Source: Scenedesmus sp. PABB004
Lineage: Eukaryota
DNA: 64,000 nt
Reading direction: 5' to 3'
NCBI GenBank assembly: GCA_014905635.1
Contig: CM026547.1
Coordinates: forward strand, 3,286,001 to 3,350,000
A program made the translations under genes and the position numbers. Shown in pieces: positions 12,095 through 23,818 of the stretch. Positions within the stretch are counted from its first letter, which is position 1; each line of letters starts with the position of its first letter. The notes beneath the pieces are model-generated. The model was not told the DNA's origin and made no database searches. It saw only the letters and a program-made list of their open reading frames with translations.

Positions 12095-12604
12095 GCAGCC
12101 GCTGGAGCTGGCGCCCCCCCGCACGGCGTTCCAGCTGGTCAACCGCCCCGCGCGGCCGCCGCCACCCCGCCGCCGGAGCCGGCCAAGCTGGAGCCCCCGC
12201 AGCCGGCCCCGCCGGAGCCGGCGCCGGAGCTGCTGGCGCCGCCGGCGCCGCCGCGCGCGCCCGGCGCGCCGGCGGACGGCCCGGCGGCGCGGGCGCTGAG
12301 CGGGCGGGCGTACTACGAGGAGCTGTGCTTCAAGGCCGTGAACCAGTGCGTCGGCCGCGTCGTGCGCCACGCCGGCGACTACGCGGCCATCGTGCTCGTC
12401 GACGCGCGCTGGGTCGCGTGCGCGCCCGACTGGGCGCGCCGCCGCGGCGCGGCGCGGCCGCCGCCCGCCGCGCGGCTGCCGGGGTGGGTGCAGGAGAGCT
12501 TTGTGCCCGGCGGCGGCGAGTTCGGGGCCGCGTTCCGCGCCCTCGCCGACTTTTTCCGCGAGCGCCGCGCCGCGGCGGCGGCGGCGGTGCCGGCGGGCAA
12601 GTGA
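8506..12604 (+). CDS. DDX11: ATP-dependent Fe-S DNA helicase DDX11/Chl1, spliced, with apparent frameshifts
   Basis: Q motif and motif [10 protein letters not shown]...[30 protein letters not shown]; four Fe-S cysteines (SRKALC, INERC, GCPF, CPYY); [82 protein letters not shown]. Confidence 0.93.
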
Positions 12605-13245
12605 GCGTTGTTGAGCGGGCGATCGGTCGGCCGACGGCGTGCGCGTTGAGGAGGCCCGCCCTGTGTGGGTCGAGGTAAGCAGGCGCGGCGGCAGCAGCAG
12701 TCGGGGGCGCGCGGCGGCGGCGGCGGCGCGTGAGACAGGACCAGCAGGCGGCGGCGCACACGGCCAGGGCGAGCAGGCGCGGCGGGGCCCGGCGGCGGTC
12801 CACCGGCGCGCCGGCGGGCTGTAGCGCGCGCGGCGCGAGCTGCCCCCGCCCCGCCCGCCCCCGCCAGCATCACATGCACGCACCCGTGCCGCACTTGTGC
12901 TTCTCCTGCGGGCGCCTGCACGCACAGAAGCCCCGGCCCTGCGTGGCCAAGCCACACCCGCGCCCACAGCGCCCAGGACGCCCTGCTCGCCCCGCCAGAC
13001 GACGTTTGGGGGTGAGTTTGAGGTCACGCAGCTCTGGCGAGCGGCGCCGCGCCTCCGGGCGGGCGGGCGAGCCAGCAGCAGCGCCGCCGCGCGCGGCCCG
13101 CCGCCTCCGCGCACGCGCTATCGGGCCGCGCGAGCGGCCCAGGCCGTGACCCACGCCCGGCTCACACTTCCGCGCTCGCTGACCTGTGCCGCCGCGCCGC
13201 CGCGAACGCGCGCAGACCGCGCTTGACCGCCCGGGCGCGGGCGCC

Positions 13246-16200
13246 ATGGACCGGCTGGGTGGCCTGCGGGCCATCCGCACCGGCCGCGTCGCCGCGGCGG
13301 AGCTGCCCGGCTCGGCGGCGGGCACGCCCACGCACGGCGGCGGCGGCGTGAGCCACCTCGAGAGCGAGGAGCCGACGTCGGCGCGCTCCAGCGCCGTGTG
13401 AGCGGCGCGCCGCGGCGCCGCGAAGCCCGCGCCGCCGCCCCTTGCCCGACGCTCACGCGCTGCCGCTCCGCCGCTCCGCGCCGCGCCGCGCAGCAACTTG
13501 AGCGCCGCGCACCGCCGCACGCCCAAGCACGCGTCTGACGGCGGCGGCAGCCCCGCCGGCGCCGGCGAGCAGCAGTGGCAGCAGGCGCTGGCGCAGAAGC
13601 GGCAGCAGGCGCCGTCGTCGCAGCAGGCGAGCGAGGGCGCGTCTCCCATCGGCGCGTTCCACGGCCCCGCCGGCGCCGCGCCGCCGGCGCCGCCGGGGGG
13701 CGTGTCGGTCGTGCTGACCGCAGAGGAGCTGAAGGCGCTGGTCGCGAAGCAGCTCGGCAAGGCGCCGACGCCGCAGCAGGAGGTGCGCGCCTCGCCGGCC
13801 AGCACGCCACGCCGCCGCCTGGGCGCCCGCGCCCGCCGCCCACGCGCGCCCGCCGCCGCCGCGCGCCCGCCGCCGCGCGCCCGCGCCGCCGCGCCGCGCC
13901 CCGCCCCGCCAGGCGCCGGCGTCGCCCGTGTACGCGCTCAACGCGCGCGACCCGCCGCGGGCGCCGGCGGTCATCCGCAAGCAGTTGAACTGGGGCGGCC
14001 TGGCCCTGTTTGTGGCGTTTGTCGCCTCGGCCGCCTACTACTTTGCAGTCCGCGCCACGCGCACGCTCAACATAGGCTACACCGCCTACGGCGCGGTCGT
14101 GCTCGGCGTGGAGGTGCTGTCCAGCACCGCGACGCTGAGCTACGCGTTCCTGCTGGTGCGCTACACGCGCCCGCGCGCGCGCAAGGGCCTGCCCGCGGCC
14201 GACCCCGACGCGCCGCTCGAGCTCGGCGCCGACGGCGACGGCGGGCTGGCGTTTGTGGTGCACGTGCTCATCTGCTGCTACGGCGAGCCCGACGAGGTCG
14301 TCGGCCACACGCTCGAGAAGACGCTGCAGGCGGCGCTGCCGGCGTCTACGCGCCGCACCGTGTACCTCTGCGGTGCGCGCGGGAGCTGGTCGCCCGGGCG
14401 TGGGAGCCGGGGGCAGGCGGGCGGCAGCGGGCGGGGCAGGGGGCGGGGCGCGGCGCGCGGCTCTAGCACGCAAGGGGCGACCGCGCGCGCGTGCTGTGCC
14501 GCGCCCCGGCGCGCAGACGACAAGAACGAGCAGAGCAAGGCCGACATCGTGACGCGCCTCTCGGAGCGCTACGCCGACTCACGCACCTCGCTGCGCTACG
14601 TGAGCGGCCGCGTGCGCGTGGCCGACCCCAAGGGCGTCAGCGCGCGCGAGATCACGGGTGAGCTGCCGCGCGATCGTCGCCGGGGGGTGGGGGCTGCAGG
14701 AGCGGCCGCTGCGCGGGAGCAGCCTGCGCGGCGCGCGGGCGCCCGACCAACCGCCGCCGCGGCCGGCGTCGCCGCGCAGACCCCGTGACGGGCGCGGCGC
14801 GCGTGAAGGAGGTCAACGGGAAGTCAAACAACCTCAACAACTGCCTCATGCGCGTCATCTACCCACACATGACCGACCCCAAGCGCCAGGCCATCCCCGA
14901 CAACGAGGCGCGCGCTGCAGCTGGGTCGCGTGCGGGCGCCGCGCGCCGGCCGACCCCGGGCGCGCGCGGGGGGCTGAGGCGCCGCCCCGGGCGCCCCGCG
15001 CCGCGGCCTCCGCAGGTCCTGGTGGTGCTCGACGCCGACCAGGCGCCCGAGGCGAGCTTCTTCTGCCGCGTGCTCGAGGTCATGGCCGACGGGCGCACGG
15101 CGCTCGTGCTCACGCCGCAGGCGTTTGACGACGTGGACGCCAAGCGAGACATCTTCAACTGCCTCAACCTCTCCTTCTGGGAGTACATGCTCCCCGGTAT
15201 GCACAGCGCGGCGCGGCGCGCCCAGCCGGGCACCCGCGCGTGCCGGCGCGCCGCCCCCGCGCCGCGGCGGCGGCGGCCCCAGAGCAAGGCGGAGCCGCAC
15301 ACCCCCGCCGCCGCCGCCGCACCAGGCACCGACGCGGCCGACTACATCGCCTGCACCGGCACCAACTTTGCGCTCCGCTGCCACGCGCTGTTCGACTGCG
15401 GGTGGTTCCCGACCTGGAGCGTCACGGGTGCGCCCGGCGCGCAGGGGCCCGTGCCGCGGCGCCCGCGGCGGCCGCGGCGCTCACGCATCATCAAACATTT
15501 CTCACACGCCGCGCAGAGGACTACACGCTGGGCATGCAGCTCAAGGCCAAGGGCTACAGGGCCCGCTACCTCAACGAGTACCTCGTCTTCGGCACCAGCC
15601 CGGAGACCGTGCGCAAGATCTTCCAGGCGCGCCGCGCGCGCTGCTCAGGGGCTCAGGGCGCAGGGCGCAGGGCTCAGGGCGCCAGGGCTCAGGGCTCAGC
15701 GGCGAGGGCCGCGCCGCCGTCTCACCGCCGCCCGGCGCCGTCGCCCGCCACCCCACGCCCCGCGCGCAGCAACGGAGCCGCTGGTGCAAGGGCCAGATGC
15801 AGGTGCGCGGCGGCCGCCCCGCAGGCAGGCCCGGCAGCGTCGTCGGTCGCGCCCCTCCCGCTCAGCCAACGCGCCCCGCTCAGCCAACGCGCCCCGCCCC
15901 GCCCCGCCCCGCCCGCCCCGCCCCGCCCCGCCCCGCCCGCCGCCCCGCCCCGCCCCGCCCCGCCCCGCCCCGCCCCGCCCCGCCCCGCCCCGCCCGCCCC
16001 GCCCCGCCCCGCCCCGCCCCGCGCCCGCCCCGCCCCGCCCCGCCCCGCCCCGCCCCGCCCCCCCCCCCGCCCCGCCCCGCCCCCCGCCCCGCCCCGCCCG
16101 CCCGCCCCGCCCCGCCCCCGCCCCGCCCCGCCCCGCCCCGCCCCGCCCCGCCCCGCCCCGCCCCGCCCCGCGCAGGTCCTCTTCTCGCGCGAGTGCCCGC

Positions 16201-19200
16201 TGCTGCAGACGGGGCTGACCTGGGACATGCAGCTGCTCTACACGAGCGTGACGTGGAGCTACATCACCAACACCTTTGCCGTGCCCTGCAGCGTGCTCGT
16301 GCCCTTCGTTGCGCTCGTGTTTGGGGTCTACCCCCTCGTGCTCAACCGCGACTTTGCGCTCGCGGCGACCCTCTACTACGCGACCTCCACCGCCGTCACC
16401 ATGGCGCGCGCAGCACGCGCGCAGCGCGGCAGGGGCTGGGCCGGACGCCCGGGCGGGCCGGCCTGGGGCGCGCGCGCGCGCGTAGGCTCCGTCCGACCCC
16501 GCCGCCGCGCCCGGCCGCGCGCAGTACTGCCGCTCCTGGGCGCACCTGAAGCCGGTGTGGTTCTGCATTGTGTCGTGCCACCTGCTCTGGTTCACGTTCA
16601 CCAAGGCCACGGTCAACGTGCTTGTCAGCAACCTCACCGGCAAGGTACGTGCGCGCGCCGCGGCGGTGGCGGCCTGGCGGCGCCCCGCGCGGCGCCCCCG
16701 CGGAGGTCAGAGCTCGAACGTTGCCGACCACGGCAACACCTCCAGCTCACGCCCACCGCGCCCGACGCGCGCCCTGCATGCAGATGCTGGGCTTCAAGGT
16801 CACCGGCGCGCGCGACGACGGCGCCGCCAAGCGCGGCTGGCTCGACCGCCTCAAGCCGACCTACCTCGTGCGTCCAAGCGCGCCGCGCGCCGCGCGCCAG
16901 CCACCGGCTGGTTGCCGCCGCCGCGCCCGGCCGGCCGCCCGCACACCCGCGCCCCCGCGCCCCCGCGCCCCGGCGCGCCCCTTGCGTGCACAGGGCGACA
17001 TGAAGGGCACGCTCGACGCGTGGGTGCTGGCGGCGTCGTTTGCGCTCAGCGCAGCCACCGCCGCGGTGGGCGTGTTCCAGATGATCGACAGGCCCTACAC
17101 CGCGCAGGGCGACGTGCGCTGGTTCCTCCTGCTCTCCGTCTGCTGGGCGGTGCACAACGCGATGCCGCCCGCGCTCTTCATCAGGCGCGTGGCGCGGCGC
17201 GGCCGTGACGTGACGTGCCGCGCGCGCGCCGGGGCGGCCGCGTCGCCCCGGCTGGCCCGGGCTCGACAGGCCAGCCGGCTGACCTGCCCGCGGGCGCCCG
17301 CAGGTACATCTACATGCGCGTCGAGCCCGTGCCCGAGGGCAGCGCCGACGAGCCCAAGCCCACGCAGAAGAGCCTGCAAAAGTTCGAGGGCTTCTGCACC
17401 TTCTGCTTCACGCTCAGCTTTGCGATGGCCCTCGGCGGCATGGTCTGCACCTGGCTCGTGCCAGGTGAGCGGCGCGCGCGTGCGCACGCTGCGTGCGCTG
17501 CGCACGCTGCGCACGCTGCGCACGCTGCGCACGCTGCGCACGCTGCACGCGCCGCGCCCGCTGCGCCCGCTGCGCACGCTGCACGCGCCGCGCCCGCCCC
17601 GCGCCCACGCCGCCGCCCGCGCCCGGCCCGACCGCCAGACGACTACAACATGGGCCAGGTGCTCAACGTCTCGCTGCAGTTCTTCGAGGCGCAGCGCTCC
17701 GGCAAGCTGCCGCGCATCAGCAACACGCCCTGGCGCGGCTCGAGCGCGGTGTGGGACAGCGTCCTGCTGCCGAGCGGGCGCAACCACAGCCTCATGGGCG
17801 GCTGGTACGACGACGGCGGCATGCTCAAGCTCTCCCTGCCCACCGCTTTCACCGTCAGCCTGCTCAGCTGGGCCTTCCTGGAGTTCAAGGCCGGCTACGC
17901 CGCGAGCGGCAACGCCGAGCTCGGCGCCAACACCATCCGCTGGGGCGCCGACTACCTCATGAAGGTCGCCGTCACAAACGCCTCCGCGACGGCCGCCGGC
18001 GGCGGCAGCAGCACGACGACCGCGGCGGCCGCGGCCGCGGCCGCGGCCGGCCGCGCGGCGCAGCCCATCTTCGTCGCCCAGGCGCGGCGACGCGCGGCGC
18101 GCGCCGCCGCCGGCCGGCCCGGCGCCGCCGGCCCGACGCGCGGCGCCGCACGCCGCGCCGCGCCCGACGCTGCCGCGCCGCGCGCGCCGGCCTGCAGGTC
18201 GGCGACATCGCGCGCGACCGGGCCTACTGGGGCATGCCGGAGCGCTCGACCGTCCCCCGCCCCGCGGCCTTCCTCTCCGCGGCGCGCCCCGGCACCGAGC
18301 CGCCCGCGATGGCGGCCGCCGCGCTCGCGGCCGCGGCGGCGGCGCTGCAGGGCGAGAGCCTGACGGTCAGCCAGGCCTACCTGGGCAAGGCGGTCGCGCT
18401 GTACGGCCTCGCGCAGCGCTGGCGCGGGCCGTACGCGCGCTACATCGACTCGGGGCGGCTCTACCCCTCGGTCTCCCTGTTTGACGACCTCGCCTACGCC
18501 GCCGCGTGGCTGCACCGCGCGACCGGGGACGACGCCTACCTCGCCGACGCGGCCGCCTGGTACGCCAAGGCGCTCAACGAGAAGCACGTCAGGCGCGGCG
18601 CGCGGCGCGGCGGCGCCCCGCGGCGGCACGGCGGCGGCCGCTGTGCGCGGCACTCGGTGGCCGCCGTGCGCGGCCGGCGAGCGGGCGGCGGCCCCCAGCT
18701 GACGCCCGGCTGCGGCGCGCGCGCGCGCAGCCCCAACCCCGTGCGCCTGGACTACGAGAACGTGCTGCCCGCGCTCGACCTGCTGCTCGCGACCGCGACG
18801 CGCGGCGGCGCGCCGTACGCGGGCAACGTCGCGGGCTTTGTGTCGGAGTGGATGCGCCGCGGCGCGGGGCGCGGCGCGGGTGACGTCGCCTACACGCCCA
18901 AGGGCCTCGCGCTCGCGGCGCCCGACGGCACGCTGCAGCACACCGCCAACGCCGCGTTCCTCACGCTGCTCGCGGCCAAGTCGCTGCTCGGGGGGCACTA
19001 CATGCAGTACGCCTGCTGGGCGCGGGGGCAGATCGGGTACATGCTCGGCGACGCCGGCCGCTCCTACGTCACCGGTGCGCGCCGCCGCGCGGCGACCACC
19101 GCGCCGCGACCACCGCGCCCGCCCGCCCGCCCGCCCGCCCGCCCGCCCGCCTGCCCCCAACCTACCGCCCGCGCGCCGTGCCCGCCGCCCGCGCCGCGCC

Positions 19201-19694
19201 GCGCCAGGGTACGGTGCGGTGCAGCCGCGCAAGACGCCGCACAAGGCGGCGTCGTGCCCGCCCCCGGACGTGGCCGACTGCACGTGGGAGAGCGCCTACT
19301 ACACGACCGACCCCAACTACCACACGCTGCGCGGCGGCCTCGTGGGCGGACCCGACGCGGCCGACGCGTGGGTGGACGACCGCGACATGGGCAGCGTCGC
19401 CAACGGCGTCTCGCTGCTGAACAGCGCCGGCTTCAGCGCCGCCGTCGCCGCGCTTGTGGACGGCGACGTCAACATGGTCAGTCGCCGCCGCGCGGGCCTG
19501 CTGCGGCGCGCGCGCGCGAGCGCGTGCCGCGGCGGCCGCCGACCCGCGCGCGCGTGCGCTGTGCGTGCTGTGCGCGCCGCGCCGCGCAGGCCAAGTGCCA
19601 GCAGGGCAACGGCTTCATCCAGACCGTCATGCTCAAGGCCCAGGGCGTGCCCGACGCCGCGGGGCAGCGCTGGTGGGAGGGCCTCGCCAGCTGA
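13246..19694 (+). CDS. GT2 cellulose-synthase-like (BcsA/CesA-type) glycosyltransferase fused to a C-terminal GH9 domain (about 19 exons)
   Basis: Two N-terminal TM helices, then ICCYGEP, YLC|DD, NGKSNNLN, VLDADQ (15031), LTPQAF, CTGTN, VT|EDY, QRSRW (15770), TM helices and FKVT. Then GH9 SLQFFEAQRSGKLP, PWRGSS, GGWYD, IRWGADYLMK, QVGD, YWGMPE, DDLAYAAAWLHRATGD, YTPKGL, QIGYMLGD..RSYVTG|YG, AASC, GGLVGGPD. The two halves join in frame across a phase-1 GT-AG intron (17465-17638). Confidence 0.9.
15891..16170. repeat. (CCCCG)n intronic satellite, G-quadruplex-prone on the minus strand
   Basis: About 280 bp of near-pure GCCCC units ending at the acceptor AG (16174-16175), preceded by two copies of CCGCTCAGCCAACGCGCC. 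Confidence 0.9.
17481..17590. repeat. 9-bp tandem repeat (CTGCGCACG)n in the GT2/GH9 junction intron
   Basis: Directly visible tandem units with degenerate copies at the 3' end. Confidence 0.85.
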
Positions 19695-20044
19695 GCGGAG
19701 CGGCGGCGCAGGAGTTTGGGCGGGGGCGGACTTCCAGGGGGGAGGGCGTGGTTGAGCGCGCGCGCTGCACTGCCTAGGCAGGTGCCACGTTGCGGGACTG
19801 GCGGGCTGACGAGGCGGTGGGGGCGCGAGTTGCATGAGTTGCATGGCATCAGCCGCCCTGTGGGGCGCGCCAGAGTTGGGTTGGGGGAGTCGGTCATTCG
19901 CACGCTCGCGCGCCCCCGCTGGCCAGCACCCTGGCCCGATGGCCGCGTCCGTGGGTCAACGCGCGTGCAGGCGCATGCGCTCGTCCGGGTTCCGCTGCGG
20001 GTAACAAAGACCAAAATTGTCAGCGGGTCGCCCTCCCGCGTGTG

Positions 20045-23000
20045 TCAGGCTGCGCCGCGCGCGGCCAGCAGCTGCTGCAGCGCGAGCACCCACTCATCCC
20101 TCGCGCGGCCGTTGCCCGCCGGCGGCAGCTCCAGGCACAGCGCCGCCGCCGCGCCGGCGCGGTCGCGCAGCGAGAGCGTAAGGCACTCCGCCGCGAGCGA
20201 GCCGCCAGCCTCGCCGCCGCCCGGCGCGACGCCCGTGCAGGCAGCCACGGGCAGCACGTGCAGGATCGGCAGCTCCGCGCGCGGCACGCCGCCAGCCTCG
20301 TACGCCGCGCCCGCCAGCAGCCGGCGCTGCCGCCGCGTCAGCTCCGGGCCGCCTGCCGCGTCGGCGCCGCCCGCGCTGCCGCCGCCACCGCCGTCGCCGC
20401 CGCCCGCATCGGCCTGCAGCAGCTGCTTGCTGCTGCGCGGGTGCGTGAGCGCGGCGGCGACCGCCGCCAGGCGCTGCCGCGCGCCGCGGCGCGCCGTGCT
20501 CGGCTCGCCCAGGGCTGCCACAACGAGGAAGCCCCCGCCTGCGTCGCCGCCGCCCTGCACCTGCTGCGGCTGCGCCGGCGCGACCAGGCTGCCCAGCGGG
20601 CTGCCGCTGGCGCTGCTGCTCCGGCTGTCGCTGAGCTGATGGCTGGCTGCCGCGTCGTCGCCGCCGGGACGCGTGGCGCTGAGGAACAGCAGCACGTGCT
20701 GCAGCCCGCCGCCGCAGTGCAGCAGGAAGCGGCCGCCGCGCAGCAGCGCCGCGCACGCGTACGCCGCCTGCTGCCGCTGCAGCTTTGCATGCGCTGACGC
20801 AAGCTGCGCCAGCTGCGCCTGCACCTGCCGGTGCTGCTCCTGCTGCCGCTGCACCTGCACCGCGCTCGCCAGCAGCGCCAGCGAGCTGCTCGCGGCGGCG
20901 GCGGCGGCGGGCGCGCCAGACGCGACGCCGCCAGCTGCGGCGCCGCCGGCGCCCCCACCGCTGCCGGGCACAGCGGGCGTCTGCGTGCCCACCGCCTCGC
21001 TCTCAGCTGCACCGCCGGCTGTGCTGGAGCTGCGGCCCAGCCAGGCGGCCCAGCTGCCGGCCGGCCACAGCCAGGTGCCCGACGACGCGCTTGGTCGCGG
21101 CCCGACGGCCCCCACGTCGGCCGGCGAGTCGGCGTGCGGGCCAGCAGCGGCGGCAGGCGGCGCCGGCGCTCCCACCACAGCCACCGCGCTGGCGGCCTGG
21201 CGTGCAAAGGCCGACGGCTCAAGCCTGCCTGCCCTGCTGCCGCCGGCGCCGGCGCCGAGACTGCTGCTGAGGCTCGCCAGGTCGACGGTGTCGGCCCGCC
21301 CGTGCGCGCTGTCGGCGCATGCGACGGCTGGCTCTCCGCCGACGGGGCTGGCGCCTAGGGACCTGGAGATACGCAGCTGCCGGTCCTGCTGCGGATCGGG
21401 GCCGCCGCCGGCGCCGCCCAGTGCGGCTGGCTCCGGGATCTGCAGCGCCGCCCGGAACTCCTGCGACGGCGGTCGGGGGCGGCGGAAGGGGCTGAGCGAG
21501 GGGTGATCTCAACGCTGTCCAACGGGCAGCGCCGGCGCCGGCGCCAGGCGCCCCACCCCACGCACCGGCGCGCCCCACGACACGGCCTTGGCCGGCAGCC
21601 GCGCTGCCTCGCGGCGAGCGCCTGCCGCAGAGGGCGGCGGCGCGGGCGATGCGGCGCGGCTGCTATGGCTGCGCGCGGGCTCCGGCGGCTGCGCCTGCTG
21701 CGCCTGCTGCGCCTGCTGCGCCTGCTGCGTCTGCTGCGCCTGCTGCGTCTGCTGCGCCTGCTGCGCCGGCTGTGCATGCCGCGCCTGCTGCGCCTGCTGC
21801 GCCTGGGGCCGCCGCGTGGACTTGAGCCACGCGACGGCGACCTCAGCCGCGGCCGCCTTGCTGGCGGCCTGCCCGGCGAGCGGCACGCGCGCCGTGCGGG
21901 GCGGCGCGTTGGGCGCCAGCGACAGCGAGCTCAGCGCCAAGCTGCCCTTGGCCAGCAGCAGCGGCTCGCCCACGGTCTGGGCATCGTAGACTGCGAGCGA
22001 GAGGACGCTGCCGCTGGCGCCGGGGCCCAGCTCCGACGGCAGCGCAAGGCTCAGCTGCCAGTCCCACGCGGCGTCATCGGCGGCCGCGTGGTGCACGACG
22101 GGCGTGCGCAGCGCTTGGCCGCCGAGCCGAACCTCACAGAAGCTGGACAGGCGCAGGCCCTTGCTGCTCCCACCGCCCGCGCCGCCAGCGGTGGTGCCCG
22201 GCTGCGCCGCAGCCGCCGCCCTGCCGCTGCCGGCGGGCGCGGGCTCGCCGGCGGCGCCGCCGCCCTTTGTGCGCGCGGGGCCGAGGCGCAACGCGCGCAC
22301 GACCGTCACGCGCAGGAGGCCGGCAGGCCCGCCAAACTGCGGCGGCGCGGCGCGGGCGGGCGCCGCGCGCTCAGCGAGCAGCGCGCGCCCCGTGCTCTGG
22401 CTCGGCGCACGGGGCGGCGGCGCGGCGCGCAGGAGCCTCACGCGCGCTATGTGCTTGTTCAGGTAGATCCGCTGCACGTCGAGGTACCGCCGCTGCGGCG
22501 CGACCAGGCGGCGGCCGATGATGCGGCGCAGCAGGCCCTGCAGCGCGCCCGTGAGGCCCACGTCCAGCTCGGGCGGCAGCGGCGTGCCCAGCGGCCGCAC
22601 GGCGATGTCGAGCTGGGGCGGGGCGGCAAAGGAATAGAACAGGCCCCTGCGGCGCGCGGCGGCGGCGCGCCGTGGCCGACGCTGCTCGGCGCGCGCGGCG
22701 CGCGCGCGGCGCGCGCGCGCGCGCAGGCGCGGGGGCGCGGGGGCGCGGCGCGCGCACTTAATGCCCGGCGGCTCGGGGCCGAGCGCGAGCGCGAGGTTGA
22801 CGCGCCCCCGGAACTGCACCGCCGTCGCCTCGAGCCGCACCGCCAGCGGCGCCAGCAGCGGCAGCTTGGTCGTGCGCACCAGCAGCTGCGGCGGCGGCGG
22901 CGGCCGGGGCTGGCGTCGCGCCCGCTGCCGGCACCACGCCCGCTGCCAGCGCCGCGCCGCGCTGCGGCGCACCACCGCCTGCGCCGAGGCGCTGACAAAG

Positions 23001-23545
23001 GTGGCGTCGAGGCTGATGGTCAGCAGCGAGGCGGCCGGCTCGAACTTTGCGACCGCGTTGGCCAGCGCCGGCGGCGCGCGGCCGAGGCCGAGCTCCTCCA
23101 CGGTGATGCTGCCGATGTACTTCCAGGGCGCCTTGCTGCTGTTCTTCACGCGCGCCTCCTCAAACGCGCGGCCCAGCAGCTCGCTCGTGAGACCCGCGAC
23201 GTGCTTCTCGAGCACGGGCGCCCACAGCGCCTGGGCCACCAGATTCAGCCAGCCGACGGGGACGGCCTCCAGCACGCACGCGCCGCTGTCGCGCTCGTGC
23301 GCCGCGGCCCAGGCCGCCTCGGCCGCGACGAGCGCGCGCCTGCGGCGCGCCGCGGCGGCGGCGTGCCGAGATGGTCAACCGTCGCAGGCGCTGCGGCACG
23401 CCACACGCAGCATCACGCCCGACGGACGTGAGACAACCCACCGCGTCTGCAGCGCCGCCGCGCGCCGGCCCAGCGCCACCACGCCAGCGAGCGCGGCGAG
23501 CGACAGCAGCGCCGCCACGCCGGCGGCGAGCAGCAGCGGCAGCAT
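20045..23545 (-). CDS. Membrane-anchored SMP + C2 domain protein (synaptotagmin/tricalbin-like) with a C-terminal coiled coil and PH-like domain, spliced
   Basis: N-terminal TM MLPLLLAAGVAALLSLAALAGVVAL. SMP-like VGWLNLVAQALW, ITVEELGLGRAPP, VQFRGRVNLAL, YSFAAPPQLD, RRLVAP. C2-like GLLRVTVVRA, SFCEVRLG, RTPVV, LSLAVYD, LAKGSLALSSL. C-terminal CLTLS...LCLEL...RDEWVLALQQLL. Contains AQQ repeats at about 21690-21800. Confidence 0.7.
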
Positions 23546-23788
23546 GGCGCCGACAGGGGTGCTGCTGGTGTTGCTTCAGCAGAGGGGGCCCTCCAGGCGT
23601 GACGGCAAGCGCTGCGGGCGTGGCGGCTGCGCCCAGCGGCGCCGCGGCCGCCCCCGCGCCGCCGCCGCTGTCGCGCGCGCAGCAGCGCCGCGGCGGCGGG
23701 CGACGCGAGCTGAATCGCTCGCTGCCTGACGTCAATGGCCGGCCGCTGCGCGACTGGGGGCGCGCGGGGCGGGGTGGTTCGACGGCCA

Positions 23789-23818
23789 GGCGCCAAACGC
23801 CGAGAGACAGTGTTCAAA
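23789..23818 (-). promoter_or_regulatory. Candidate E2F site plus CHR-like element in the bidirectional promoter of POLE
   Basis: GGCGCCAAA at 23789-23797 (TTTGGCGCC on minus) and TTCAAA at 23813-23818 (TTTGAA on minus), about 380-400 bp upstream of the POLE ATG. Confidence 0.45.

Noticed and set aside
15891..17590. CRISPR-like or extensin-coding repeats
   Set aside because: Spacerless intronic microsatellites; the PAPPR translation is intron read-through.
17650..19694. GH9 as a stand-alone gene starting at MGQVLN
   Set aside because: There is no signal peptide, no upstream stop for the GT2 part, and a canonical in-frame intron links the two.
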